From Parvularculaceae bacterium (GTDB lineage Bacteria; Pseudomonadota; Alphaproteobacteria; Caulobacterales; Parvularculaceae), in NCBI GenBank assembly GCA_013215175.1, contig JABSRH010000001.1, positions 1,138-65,137 of the forward strand: DNA of 64,000 nt. The letters are read 5' to 3'. The stretch's first letter is position 1, and every line of letters begins with the position of its first letter. Below the pieces are notes generated by a model. It was not told where the DNA came from and searched no databases. It saw nothing but the letters and a program-made list of their open reading frames with translations. A program made the translations under genes and the position numbers. Shown one piece after another: positions 8,467-17,813 of this stretch.

Positions 8467-11400
8467 GCTGGGTCCTCGCGGAAGTTGTCAATGCTGGCGG
8501 GTGCTCCGTAGTTGGCGATCAGCGCCTTGCGCCGGAAGAACCGTTGGAAACCGACGGACCCCATACGTGATGGCCCGATGCCGGACTCGCCGAAGCTGTT
8601 CTTCTCCGCTTCGTGGAACAAGGCCGTGAGCGCGGCGTCATTGAGGCTAACTGCGCCTGCATTGATCTGCCTACCTACAGCTTCCGCCTCGTCCAGTGAC
8701 CCGGCGAACACCGCCGCCGAGAGGCCGAACGTCGTATCGTTGGCCAGCGCGACGGCTTCTTCGACGCTGTCGAATGTCATGACCGGAAGAATTGGGCCAA
8801 AAGTCTCCTCACGCATGACAGCCATTTGATGGTGAGCGTTACGGATCACGGTGGGTTTGAGCCACAATCCGCCGTGATTTTCGATCTCCCCACCGCACAG
8901 AACCTTGCCGCCCCGGCTGACAGCATCGTCGATATGCGCTTGTAGAATATTCGCCTGCTGATCGAAGATGATCGGACCGATATGTCCCTTATCGACATCA
9001 GGCCAATTGATCTCGACGTTCTTGGCCTTGGCTACCAATTGTTCCATGAAGGCATCATGAATGGAGCGTGCCACATAGATCCGCTCGATAGACTGGCAGG
9101 CTTGGCCCGTTGACAAGACAGAGCCCCTGAGTGCTGCGTCGGTCGCGTGATCGAGATCCGCGGTGTCCAGAACAATAAGAGGGTCCTTACCGCCCAACTC
9201 CAGGTAGGCGGGCTTGAGGTACGTGGCAGTGGCCTGTGCCACCTTCCGGCCTGTGGCAACCGAGCCGGTAAAGCAAACAAGATCCGAAGCTTCCGTCAGC
9301 GCGGCGCCTGTTCGTCCGTCTCCGTCCACAAAGGCCAGAACGTCATCCAAGCCAGCCGCTTTGATCGCCTCGCGGAGCGGCGCGGCAAACCGAGGCGTCA
9401 CCTCGGAGGGCTTCACCATCACGGTGCAGCCTGCGAGCAAAGCAGGGATCGTATCGATCATGCTGAGCGTAAGCGGGAAATTCCACGGTGAGATCACGCC
9501 GACTAGGCTGTAGGGCACATACTGACCCGTATGCTGAAGGTTAGGCTGCGTCCGCCCCTTTTGCCATGAGGCTGACAAGAGATGCGGAGCCTGCGCCGTC
9601 CAGCCATGAATAGAGCCGATGACGCCATCGACCTCCAGTCCAGCGATCCGGCGACGCCCAGTATCCATCTCGAGCGCGTCAGCGATCGGGCTGCGATGCT
9701 GCTGAAGGGTGTCTGCAAAAGTGCGCAGCCGGTCGCACCGCTCCTCCAGAGACAGGGCGCGCCAAGCGGCGCCGTTCCGGCGGAGCGCGGCCGCCAGTTC
9801 GCTGACCGTGCCACGGTCAGCGGGGGTGATTTGGTAGTCTGACTGGCCGGTGCGCGGGTTTCTGACCGCCAGCGTGCTCGATGGCGCCTCGAGGCCTAGT
9901 GCGCCTGGATTGACCGTACCCTTCGGGTCCACTAGCCGCTTGATGCCTTCTAGCAGGCGATACCGCTCGCGCTCTGAGCCTTCTTTGTAAGGATAAGTAC
10001 GCCCAATCTGGAAATGCGCTGCGCCGTAGCGCGAGAAGATGTCTAGGCACTGTTGACGCGCGCGGGTCACCAGCGCCGTCGCTTCGGGGTTTGAGGCTTG
10101 CTGGCCCGTCTTTTTGAGGTAGCTCGCGTCCACCGTTTGGCGATGAATTTCGTAGAGAGCTTCTGGCCACAAGAAGACGGGTTCCACCAGATAGCCGGTG
10201 GTGCCGAGCGTCGTGATCAGGAAGCCTGTATCCACTTTGTGCTGATCAAACAGCGGCTGCATCGCGTCGAAGGCCGCTTTGATCTCTGCCCAGACTTTAG
10301 GACCATCGCTTTGCGCAACAATGCCGTGGATGGGGACCCAACGCTCACCGGTTGGGCCGATGATGTTGTTCAGCGGCGTGAAGGGATTGGATCGGATGAT
10401 CTTCGGGATCGAGTTCTCGGTCTCTTTGCCGCCATGCTTCGTGCACAGCTCTTTGAGCGTCGCCATCTTCGCGGCCACGCCTTCTGTAGAGTGATCCTCG
10501 ACAATGATGTGTAAAGACCATGTCTCGGCCTCAACGAAACCGCGGCCAGCAAGCGCGATCTTCGCGCCTTCCTTGATGCCCTTCAGGATAGACTTTTGTC
10601 CGGTGACGACGTTTTTCAGTGTTTTGGCATCCGCTAGCAGCGAAGCGCGCTTCAGGCGGAGCTTGGTAAGGTTTGGATCAAAGCCGAACACTTCACAGGC
10701 GAGGCCCGTTTGGCCCATGACCTTCATGGCTTCGGCGCAGGCGTCCTGCGTCTTGAACTCAAAGCTCGCCCAGTCTTCTGCGGGCGGGAGTGGGATGAGA
10801 CGGAACGTGATCTCAGCCTTATAACCCAACGCGCCAGCGTCGCCGCAGAAGAGGCCGGTGAGGTCTGGACCATAATGCCGCCAGAAGGGCTTCGCACCCT
10901 TGGTGCCACCCGTTCCGGTACGGATCAATGTACCATCGGCGAGAACCACAGCGACGGACAACACACTGTCCCCGGTGGTGCCGTGGGTGCCGGCGCCAAA
11001 GAACGCGTTGTTCTGCGACAGACCTCCACCAATCGTCGAGCTGATCCCTGACAAGGGTCCCCAAAAAGGTGTCCGTACACCCTTTGCCTTGAGGGCTTCG
11101 TAAAGCTCGACCCAGGTGACGCCCGCCTCGGCGGTGACGTACATGTCCTCGGTGTTGATCTCGACGATCTTGTTGAGCTTTGACAGGTCTAGGCTGACCA
11201 CGTTGGCACGGTCGGGCGTGTAACCCTTCGTGTACGACATACCGCCACCGCGAGGGTTCAGGGCGACATCGTGTTGATGGGCCAGCGCTACGGCTGTCTG
11301 CAACGTCTCGACACTCGATGGGGCGACAACCGCGGCAGCGGTCTGGCCCTCGGCCCAGATATCCGCACTCATGAACGCGCGTTCGTTCGCCTCGAGAGAG

Positions 11401-11471
11401 AACTCATCGGACGGCAGAACTTCCGTAAGCGCCTTTTCGAAGGGAGTCAGGTTTGAACCATCGTAGGCCAT
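8463..11471 (-). CDS. Fusion: FAD-binding (VAO/GlcD-like) oxidoreductase + aldehyde dehydrogenase
   Basis: N-terminal half has PRGGGMSY, AEAGVTW, STIGG and KRLVDPKGTVNPG. C-terminal half has ISPWNFP, KPSE, FTGS, LELGGKDP, GQAC and EETFGP. The start ATG 11471 has an RBS. Confidence 0.9.
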   Translation of the reverse strand: MAYDGSNLTPFEKALTEVLPSDEFSLEANERAFMSADIWAEGQTAAAVVAPSSVETLQTAVALAHQHDVALNPRGGGMSYTKGYTPDRANVVSLDLSKLNKIVEINTEDMYVTAEAGVTWVELYEALKAKGVRTPFWGPLSGISSTIGGGLSQNNAFFGAGTHGTTGDSVLSVAVVLADGTLIRTGTGGTKGAKPFWRHYGPDLTGLFCGDAGALGYKAEITFRLIPLPPAEDWASFEFKTQDACAEAMKVMGQTGLACEVFGFDPNLTKLRLKRASLLADAKTLKNVVTGQKSILKGIKEGAKIALAGRGFVEAETWSLHIIVEDHSTEGVAAKMATLKELCTKHGGKETENSIPKIIRSNPFTPLNNIIGPTGERWVPIHGIVAQSDGPKVWAEIKAAFDAMQPLFDQHKVDTGFLITTLGTTGYLVEPVFLWPEALYEIHRQTVDASYLKKTGQQASNPEATALVTRARQQCLDIFSRYGAAHFQIGRTYPYKEGSERERYRLLEGIKRLVDPKGTVNPGALGLEAPSSTLAVRNPRTGQSDYQITPADRGTVSELAAALRRNGAAWRALSLEERCDRLRTFADTLQQHRSPIADALEMDTGRRRIAGLEVDGVIGSIHGWTAQAPHLLSASWQKGRTQPNLQHTGQYVPYSLVGVISPWNFPLTLSMIDTIPALLAGCTVMVKPSEVTPRFAAPLREAIKAAGLDDVLAFVDGDGRTGAALTEASDLVCFTGSVATGRKVAQATATYLKPAYLELGGKDPLIVLDTADLDHATDAALRGSVLSTGQACQSIERIYVARSIHDAFMEQLVAKAKNVEINWPDVDKGHIGPIIFDQQANILQAHIDDAVSRGGKVLCGGEIENHGGLWLKPTVIRNAHHQMAVMREETFGPILPVMTFDSVEEAVALANDTTFGLSAAVFAGSLDEAEAVGRQINAGAVSLNDAALTALFHEAEKNSFGESGIGPSRMGSVGFQRFFRRKALIANYGAPASIDNFREDPA

Positions 11472-11482
11472 GTTCGTTTCCT

Positions 11483-12142
11483 CTAAAAGCTTGTGGGCGT
11501 CCAAAGACCGAAGAAGGCTGCGACAAGCAGCAGGGTCCAAATGCCCTTCACTTGGGGTCGTGCACGGTTGAGCGTGTTCTGAATTGTTTGCTCCGCCTGC
11601 GTTGTATCAGCGGCACTCGCAAGCTGGCCGAGTGCGGGGAAAAGCGGCTGCAAGGTGCGGCGAATGAGTAGCCCGAGGCCAATGCAGCCCGCAAGAGCCA
11701 ACGCTTTGATCCCTAGGAAGATGGGCAGGGGCACTATGCCTGCGACCGAGCCAAGACCCCCCAAGGTCAGTGTGGCCGCGAGGCCCCAACGGAGGGCCAT
11801 GTCGACCTTCTTCCAAAGGTCACCGGCGCCGTGGTTGAGGTGCAGATGCCAGGCAAGAACGAGCCAGCCCAACGCCGCGGTGGCGACGGCACCAACAATC
11901 GGCCAACCCCAGTCAAGCCAGCCCTTGGACTGCGCCAGGGCTAACCCCGTTGGCAGTGCTAGAATAAGAGAGGTGCGCGGTGCCATATCGACATCGCCGA
12001 CAATCTTGGCAGCAAAGAGCCGGCGATCGGCGGGCACGCCGTCAGCCGTCAGGTACCGGCTCGTGTAAAACGCTCCGAGGTCGCCGCCCAACCAATAGAC
12101 GAACACCAGCACATGAAGCAGCGAAAACGCAGCAATCGTCAT
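11483..12142 (-). CDS. Conserved hypothetical polytopic membrane protein
   Basis: About 6 hydrophobic segments, including LLHVLVFVYWLGGDLGAFY. ATG 12142 is preceded by GGAGGT. Confidence 0.8.
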   Translation of the reverse strand: MTIAAFSLLHVLVFVYWLGGDLGAFYTSRYLTADGVPADRRLFAAKIVGDVDMAPRTSLILALPTGLALAQSKGWLDWGWPIVGAVATAALGWLVLAWHLHLNHGAGDLWKKVDMALRWGLAATLTLGGLGSVAGIVPLPIFLGIKALALAGCIGLGLLIRRTLQPLFPALGQLASAADTTQAEQTIQNTLNRARPQVKGIWTLLLVAAFFGLWTPTSF

Positions 12143-12161
12143 CCGGACAAGACCTCCGCTT

Positions 12162-12179
12162 AAAAGGTATACCATTTAA
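12162..12179 (-). promoter_or_regulatory. GntR/HutC-type operator TTAAATGGTATACCTTTT (site 1)
   Basis: 18/18 identical to 17757-17774, with a GGTATACC palindromic core just upstream of the RBS. Confidence 0.8.
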
Positions 12180-12195
12180 CGGAGGGCGCTAGCAA

Positions 12196-12996
12196 TTAAT
12201 CTCCTGAGGTCCAATCCGACGCAGCACCTGCCTCTTTGTTCAAGGTCATCTGATAGGCAAAGCGATCAGCGCGGTAATGCGCCGTGATATCCTGCACCGG
12301 CCGTCCCGATGCGTCGCGCATGACGCGGTGAATCCTGAGGAGTGGTGATCCGGGCGTCACGCCGAGATTCACCGCGACAGCGGCCTCGGCCGCGATGGCC
12401 GAGATAGTCTGCTCCGCTGAAACGGGTGCATGTCCGGCCTTGGCTAGGAGCGACAAGAAAGACTCGGACGCGAGCTCGCTCTGTTCGTAACCCTCGGCAA
12501 CATCGTCCGGAATATAGGTGATGAGGTAGGAGAACGGCGCACCATCAAGCAAGCGCAGGCGGACGATCCGCTGCACCATCTGGTCCGCCTTGAGCGCTAG
12601 GGCTTCTGCGATGGCTGGGCTTGGCGCGCCAGCGGTGCAGTCGAGCAGACGGACCTCGGTCTCCAGTCCCATGCGGGTCAGGCCATCGAGCAGCGTGTCG
12701 AACTGGCCCTTCACCACCGGAGCCGTGGCGTCGTAGGTGACGACTGTACCGATCCCGCGCTGCCGGCGGACAAGCCCCGCAAGCGCCAACTCGTGCATCG
12801 CGCGCTTGGCGGTAATTCTCGAAATGCCGAGCATGCCCGTCAGCTCTTGCTCAGCGGGGAGGCGTTGATTGAGCGTGAGCTCGCCATTCACAATACGCGT
12901 TCGCAGCAAATTGTAGACCTGCTGGTAGAGCGGTATGCCCGACCCCTGGTCGATATCGGCTTCCGTCAGATTGAGCTTGGTTTCGCTGCGCGGCAT
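12196..12996 (-). CDS. GntR family (HutC/UTRA) transcriptional regulator
   Basis: PLYQQVY, RLPAEQEL, SRITAKRA and RQRGIGT motifs plus a UTRA domain. Likely start ATG 12996. Confidence 0.92.
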   Translation of the reverse strand: MPRSETKLNLTEADIDQGSGIPLYQQVYNLLRTRIVNGELTLNQRLPAEQELTGMLGISRITAKRAMHELALAGLVRRQRGIGTVVTYDATAPVVKGQFDTLLDGLTRMGLETEVRLLDCTAGAPSPAIAEALALKADQMVQRIVRLRLLDGAPFSYLITYIPDDVAEGYEQSELASESFLSLLAKAGHAPVSAEQTISAIAAEAAVAVNLGVTPGSPLLRIHRVMRDASGRPVQDITAHYRADRFAYQMTLNKEAGAASDWTSGD

Positions 12997-13056
12997 CGTC
13001 GTGTCCCTTGGAGAACAGCGACAAGACCGTGCGGCGACCTTTTCTGTCAACCAGTT

Positions 13057-13485
13057 CTAGCTCGCGACACCCTTGGACAGGTCGTTCGTCGGGCCACCGG
13101 CTGCGCGATGGGCGATGGCGTCGACGCTTTCCCAGATCTTGCCGCCAATATATTGGCCGATGGAGTTCGAGAACTCCTTGTACTCAATGGTCTCGTACAT
13201 GCCGCAGGTGATGTAGGGGTCACCTTCCATCAGTGCTTTGGCATCGGCCAAGTCGTCAGCCAGCACTAAGAACACGGAGCCGACGAGCGCTTCTCCGCCC
13301 GGCTCGCGGATGGGGCCCGCCGTAACGTAGCGCGTCCAATGCGCCTCCACATGGTGGAGATGGCCCGCCAGATGTTCCGCACGCGGCGCTGCGCTCCCCT
13401 GGCCATCACGACAAGTGACGAGAAAGCACTTCTGCTCAAGCCGAGAAACATGCGGCGGTTCTTGGGGAAAGTCCGTGTTCATCAT
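13057..13485 (-). CDS. YciI family protein
   Basis: Pattern R.EHL.GHL, AGP, GS.F and DPY...G.Y. Confidence 0.82.
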   Translation of the reverse strand: MMNTDFPQEPPHVSRLEQKCFLVTCRDGQGSAAPRAEHLAGHLHHVEAHWTRYVTAGPIREPGGEALVGSVFLVLADDLADAKALMEGDPYITCGMYETIEYKEFSNSIGQYIGGKIWESVDAIAHRAAGGPTNDLSKGVAS

Positions 13486-13491
13486 GGTCTC

Positions 13492-14610
13492 CTATTTCAG
13501 CACGCCCGACGCCGCGAGGCGATCGATCACGGCTTGTTGGTGGGCAATAGCGTCAGCCCGCTCGATCATCTGAGCATCCGGCGTGCGGTTGGCGGGCGCG
13601 TGATTGGCGGCAGCATAGGCCGGGGCAAAGGCGGCAGTGGGCAGGCGGGATAGTGTGTTCGTCATTCCGGTGTTCTTCCGCGTGTCGCGCAAGGCACCGA
13701 TGTCGAGCACAGCATTGGCGTTCAATGTTTCCCCTTGGGAAGCTTCAGCCAAGGTGCGGCCGTAATGGTCGAGCACGATGGACATGCCGTCGGTCGAGGC
13801 TGCGGGCACGGGCGTGCCGATGATCTGCGCAGAGTTCGCGGATACCACGTAGGCGATGTTTTCAATCGCACGAGCTTTCTTCGTGATATGCTTGGGCGTC
13901 AGTCCCGGCGCAGCCACCTCGGAGGTAGGATGCAGGAGCACTTCTGCGCCTTTAAACGCAAGCATACGCGCCACTTCGGGGTAGAGGACTTCCTCCGACG
14001 CGATCGTGCCGAGCGCACCAATTTCTGTCTCGACCACCGGGAAAACCGCTTCTGCGCCGTAAAGATCGAGGAACTGATCCCAGACGTCATAGGGGCTGGG
14101 CGTATAAAGAGAGATCATGCGCCGGTACCGGAGGACTTGGTCTCCGTTCGGCCCGTAGATCACATTGCTCTGGAAGTAGAGGTCCAGAAAGTTCGGATCA
14201 TTCTCGTAATGGTTCGAGCACAGATAGACACCCATACTCTGCGCAAGGCCTGAGAGCTTCTCAGCAAACTTCCCATCGGGATCGATGGCTGCCTTGTCTT
14301 GCCACTCCTCTCGGCTTTCACGCAGCGGAAAACCTGTCATCCAATATTCCGGCAGAACGACCAGTTTCACATCATAGCCGTTGAAGCCCTTCAGGAAGCC
14401 CTTCGCCGAGCCGATCTGACCACGCACGCGGCCAATAGCAGCCTCCATCCGTGCGTGAGCGGAGCGCTTATTCTTGTCTTGGTTGACTGCATCGCAAACG
14501 GTTTGGAGGGCTACGGCGGTATAGCGCATGGCTTGGGTTCCCTGGGCGCGAGTAGAAGTTACCGCGAAGCTAGCAGCTCCGAGGCCGGCGAGGAGTTCGC
14601 GGCGGTTCAC
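13492..14610 (-). CDS. Tat-exported nitrilase-related carbon-nitrogen hydrolase fold protein with an altered catalytic triad
   Basis: MNRRELL twin-arginine signal, then LVVLPEY, YRRM, GTIASEEVLYPE, KGAEVLLHP and ARAIEN. Confidence 0.88.
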   Translation of the reverse strand: MNRRELLAGLGAASFAVTSTRAQGTQAMRYTAVALQTVCDAVNQDKNKRSAHARMEAAIGRVRGQIGSAKGFLKGFNGYDVKLVVLPEYWMTGFPLRESREEWQDKAAIDPDGKFAEKLSGLAQSMGVYLCSNHYENDPNFLDLYFQSNVIYGPNGDQVLRYRRMISLYTPSPYDVWDQFLDLYGAEAVFPVVETEIGALGTIASEEVLYPEVARMLAFKGAEVLLHPTSEVAAPGLTPKHITKKARAIENIAYVVSANSAQIIGTPVPAASTDGMSIVLDHYGRTLAEASQGETLNANAVLDIGALRDTRKNTGMTNTLSRLPTAAFAPAYAAANHAPANRTPDAQMIERADAIAHQQAVIDRLAASGVLK

Positions 14611-15518
14611 GCGAGGTGCTCCGCAAAAAGAGTGTTGACGTCAGCAGCTGTTGCCACCTTGAGGCCTTCCATGGATGAGAGGGCTCGGAGGACCGCTTTC
14701 ACCGCATGAATTCGGAACGGCTGACCCGCAACATAGGGCGTCAGCGTGAAGGCGAAGGCGCCAGCGCCTTCCTGGTCATGCCGTAGCAAATGATCTTCCG
14801 CGGCATCGGTGATCTGCTTCGCCCAAGTGTCCTCACTCTGGCTGCGATCCATCAGCAGCTTCATGTCTGACAGCTCATTGTAATGCGGAATAGCCGTGAC
14901 GTTGCCTCCCTCCGTGGCCAGTGGGTGAGGGCGCATGTCGGCTTCCCAATCGAGGCAAGTGGTGAAGCCAGCCTCTGCCAGCAAGCCCACCGTACGCGTG
15001 CTTTCGTTTCGAGCGGGACTCATCCAAGATGTGGCGTCAGGAAAGACATCCCTACACTGAGCAATCCAATCACGCTCCTCGTCGATGCCGAGCCCCTCGT
15101 GGTGGATGTGGGACGTTGAGACGCCGTGCGCTGCGATCTCGTGGCCAGCCTCGCGAATGGCTTCAAGCAATGGTGGATAGCGCCGCGCTACCTCGGCGTT
15201 GACAGCAAAAGTCGCCTGCACCCCGGTCGCCGCGAAGAGCTTCAGCAGCCGGAAAACGCCAACCCGGTTGCCATAGTCGCGCACCGTGTAGTGCCGAAGA
15301 TCCGGGTACTGCGTCTTCATCGCGCCAGGATGCTTGAACGGTTTGGCAGGTGGATTGAGCGGAAAGAACTCCAAAGGCACAATGATCGTGGCCGTCGCCT
15401 TGGTGCCATCACTCAACAGCACTTTCTCACGGCGATCCACCGGATCCCATCCATAGTAGGGATTGTCCATGCCATGCTGGCGCGCCGCGTAGGTCAGATA
15501 ATCATCGGGCAGGGGCAA
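14607..15518 (-). CDS. Polysaccharide deacetylase-fold (PuuE-like) hydrolase, copy B
   Basis: Motifs RDYGNRVGVFR, GHEIAAHG and PYVAGQPFRI. Confidence 0.85.
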   Translation of the reverse strand: MPLPDDYLTYAARQHGMDNPYYGWDPVDRREKVLLSDGTKATATIIVPLEFFPLNPPAKPFKHPGAMKTQYPDLRHYTVRDYGNRVGVFRLLKLFAATGVQATFAVNAEVARRYPPLLEAIREAGHEIAAHGVSTSHIHHEGLGIDEERDWIAQCRDVFPDATSWMSPARNESTRTVGLLAEAGFTTCLDWEADMRPHPLATEGGNVTAIPHYNELSDMKLLMDRSQSEDTWAKQITDAAEDHLLRHDQEGAGAFAFTLTPYVAGQPFRIHAVKAVLRALSSMEGLKVATAADVNTLFAEHLA

Positions 15519-16449
15519 AGCCGGTCCCTCCTGTGCTCACGCCGCGTGCATTGATATCGGCAAGCGATTGATCCCAGTAGCGCTCGCGGAAATGTTCCGC
15601 AATCTCCGTACCCGTGGCGAACCACACATCATCTTTGTGCGAAGTGATGTGTTGCAACGCGCGCTCGAAGGACCGTAGTCGGTGTGGCTGGCTGACGAGG
15701 TAGGCGTGCAGCGGAATGCACATCACCGTGCCGGACTCCTCGCCCTCTTCAAGCAGCTGGTCAAAGTGGCGGATCAGGATGTCCGCGTAGCGATCGGGTG
15801 ACCATCCCTGAACGGAATAGGTGATCACGTCATTGACTTCGAGGCTGTAGGGCATCGACACCAGCTTGCCCGTTTTGGTCTTGATCGGCTGGGGCTGGTC
15901 ATCCTGGAAGAGGTCGCAAGTGTACCAAAAATCGTGCTCCGCAATCAGATCCAGCGTGCTCTCCGTGTGCGTCAACGCCGGCGCGAGGTAACCGCGGATA
16001 CGTTGGCCCGTCGCCGCCTGCACGCTGTTGATCGAGTCCGTAAGAACCGCTCGCTCTTGCGCTTCGTCCATGCCGTAGGAGAAGCGGGTGTTGTAGATCC
16101 CGTGGCTGAAAAATTCCCAGCGCCGCTCGGCGCACGCTTCAATGATCTCGGGGTGGTGATCGAGCAGGCCAATCGACAGCGAGATCGATCCGCGCAGATC
16201 GTACTTATCGAAGAGGTCCATCATCCGCCAATGGCCAACGGTGTTGCCCCAGGTGCGCTGTGAATAGCCCACCACATCGGGGTTGCCACGCGGCCAGGGT
16301 TGCCGGAAAGGATTATCCGGAGGCAGATATTCGTAATATTCAATATTCGGCGCAATCCAAAAGGCCAGCTTCTTGCCACCCGGCCACTCAATCTTCGGCC
16401 GTCCCGCATAGGGCCAATAGTCGTAGAGATTGGGATCAGCGTGGGTCAC
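15502..16449 (-). CDS. Polysaccharide deacetylase-fold (PuuE-like) hydrolase, copy A
   Basis: Motifs WPGGKKLA, PNIE, SHG, DDQP, PYSLEVND and PLHAYLVSQPHR. Confidence 0.88.
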   Translation of the reverse strand: MTHADPNLYDYWPYAGRPKIEWPGGKKLAFWIAPNIEYYEYLPPDNPFRQPWPRGNPDVVGYSQRTWGNTVGHWRMMDLFDKYDLRGSISLSIGLLDHHPEIIEACAERRWEFFSHGIYNTRFSYGMDEAQERAVLTDSINSVQAATGQRIRGYLAPALTHTESTLDLIAEHDFWYTCDLFQDDQPQPIKTKTGKLVSMPYSLEVNDVITYSVQGWSPDRYADILIRHFDQLLEEGEESGTVMCIPLHAYLVSQPHRLRSFERALQHITSHKDDVWFATGTEIAEHFRERYWDQSLADINARGVSTGGTGFAPAR

Positions 16450-17144
16450 GAGTGGCAGGCCTCGATCGCTTCATAAACTTCTGCAACGTCCACAACATCC
16501 GCATACTTCAGAGCAAGGTCGGTGAGGTTCGCGAAGTGGTAACTCTCATGCTTGTCAGCCACGCACTCGATCGGCACGATCGTTCGATACCCTCGGCTCA
16601 GGCTGTCCACGGCTGTCGCTCGGATACAGCCCGACGTTGAGCCGCCGGTGATCACCACCGTGTCGACTTTGTGCCAAACGAGTAGACTCTGCAGCGGTGT
16701 CTCAAAGAACGCGCTCGGCATCCGCTTGGTGTAGATGGCATCGACTGTCTCATCGATTTCCGCACGCTCGTCGAACTGATGGCGCTCCGAGCCAAACTTG
16801 ATATTCTGGAGGCTATCGGGCGTATCCGTTCGTGTACCCCAGACGCCAGCATCCGCTGCGCTGTCCATGTAGGCGACATGCGTCCACACCACGGGCAGCC
16901 CCTTTGCACGGGCGGCGTTGGAGATCCCGTTGATGTGCTCAATCTGACAAGGGTCGGTGATGTAAGCCGTCTTTGGGAACAGGTCGGGGCGTGTGTATGA
17001 GTTCTGCGGGTCGACATTCACAATCGCGATGCGCTCGCCAAAGCCGAACCGAGCTCGAGCTGGGTTCGCGCGAACCTCCTCGAAAATCTCCCTGGCCGTC
17101 TTGCCTGAGGTGACCATGGTCGGTGTGCTGAGCGCATCGTTCAT
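16446..17144 (-). CDS. Isochorismatase family cysteine hydrolase (N-carbamoylsarcosine amidase/maleamate amidohydrolase-like)
   Basis: Asp-Lys-Cys triad in VDPQ, TKRMPSAFF and TSGCIRATAVD. Confidence 0.9.
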   Translation of the reverse strand: MNDALSTPTMVTSGKTAREIFEEVRANPARARFGFGERIAIVNVDPQNSYTRPDLFPKTAYITDPCQIEHINGISNAARAKGLPVVWTHVAYMDSAADAGVWGTRTDTPDSLQNIKFGSERHQFDERAEIDETVDAIYTKRMPSAFFETPLQSLLVWHKVDTVVITGGSTSGCIRATAVDSLSRGYRTIVPIECVADKHESYHFANLTDLALKYADVVDVAEVYEAIEACHS

Positions 17145-17179
17145 GGGTCGTATGTCTCCTTGGTTGGAACCTTCTCCGG

Positions 17180-17195
17180 AAATGATATACCTTTT
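17180..17195 (+). promoter_or_regulatory. GntR/HutC-type operator AAATGATATACCTTTT (site 2)
   Basis: One mismatch to AAATGGTATACCTTTT, in the divergent isochorismatase/DUF1330 promoter. Confidence 0.72.
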
Positions 17196-17225
17196 TGTCA
17201 GCAGGACACCAGAGAGGTCACCACC

Positions 17226-17702
17226 ATGCGCGGATTCATTTTAGGCACAGCCCTTGGCCTAGCAGGCGGCGTCTTGGCATCGACCCTGCTGATACCCTTG
17301 GCAGGCTCCACGCCTGTTGCGGTAGCGGCCGCCGAATCCCTCCCGGCAGCTAGCGTCGAGCGCCCTGCCTACATGCTCGTCCTGGGTAAGGTAAACGATC
17401 GTGCGGCATTTGGTCAGGGCTACGCAGCCAAACTCCCACCGCTCTACGACGAGTTCGGCGGCTCTTATCTGGCAATTGGTCGAGGGGTCACCGTGCTCGA
17501 GGGAGACTACGCGCCCGAGAGCTTTGTCGTGGGCCAATGGCCCAGCAAGGCCAAGGCTTTAGAGTTCTGGAATAGTGATGGCTACGACGTCCTGCGGCGC
17601 GCGCGCATCGACAACAATTGGGGCGATTTCGACGTGTTACTCGTGGAAGGCCTGCCCGCCCCAGCGACAGCTGCGCCCGCCATTGAAGCTGACCCAGATT
17701 GA
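17226..17702 (+). CDS. Exported DUF1330 domain protein
   Basis: Signal peptide followed by PAYML, FGGSYL, VLEGD and A..FWNS.GY motifs. RBS GAGAGG precedes ATG 17226. Confidence 0.82.
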   Translation: MRGFILGTALGLAGGVLASTLLIPLAGSTPVAVAAAESLPAASVERPAYMLVLGKVNDRAAFGQGYAAKLPPLYDEFGGSYLAIGRGVTVLEGDYAPESFVVGQWPSKAKALEFWNSDGYDVLRRARIDNNWGDFDVLLVEGLPAPATAAPAIEADPD

Positions 17703-17756
17703 GACATATCGGCAACATCCCGCGAGCGAACTGCTCTCAGGCATTAGACATATCTT

Positions 17757-17774
17757 TTAAATGGTATACCTTTT
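17757..17774 (+). promoter_or_regulatory. GntR/HutC-type operator TTAAATGGTATACCTTTT (site 3)
   Basis: Identical to site 1 and lies about 40 bp upstream of the TonB receptor start. Confidence 0.8.
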
Positions 17775-17813
17775 GGAGAATCCCCGCGAGTGGGGCGCTC
17801 TGAGAGGAAGATT

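Noticed and set aside
17702-17754. Direct repeat AGACATATC (17702 and 17746)
   Set aside because: Only 9 bp and two copies, so it cannot be distinguished from chance.
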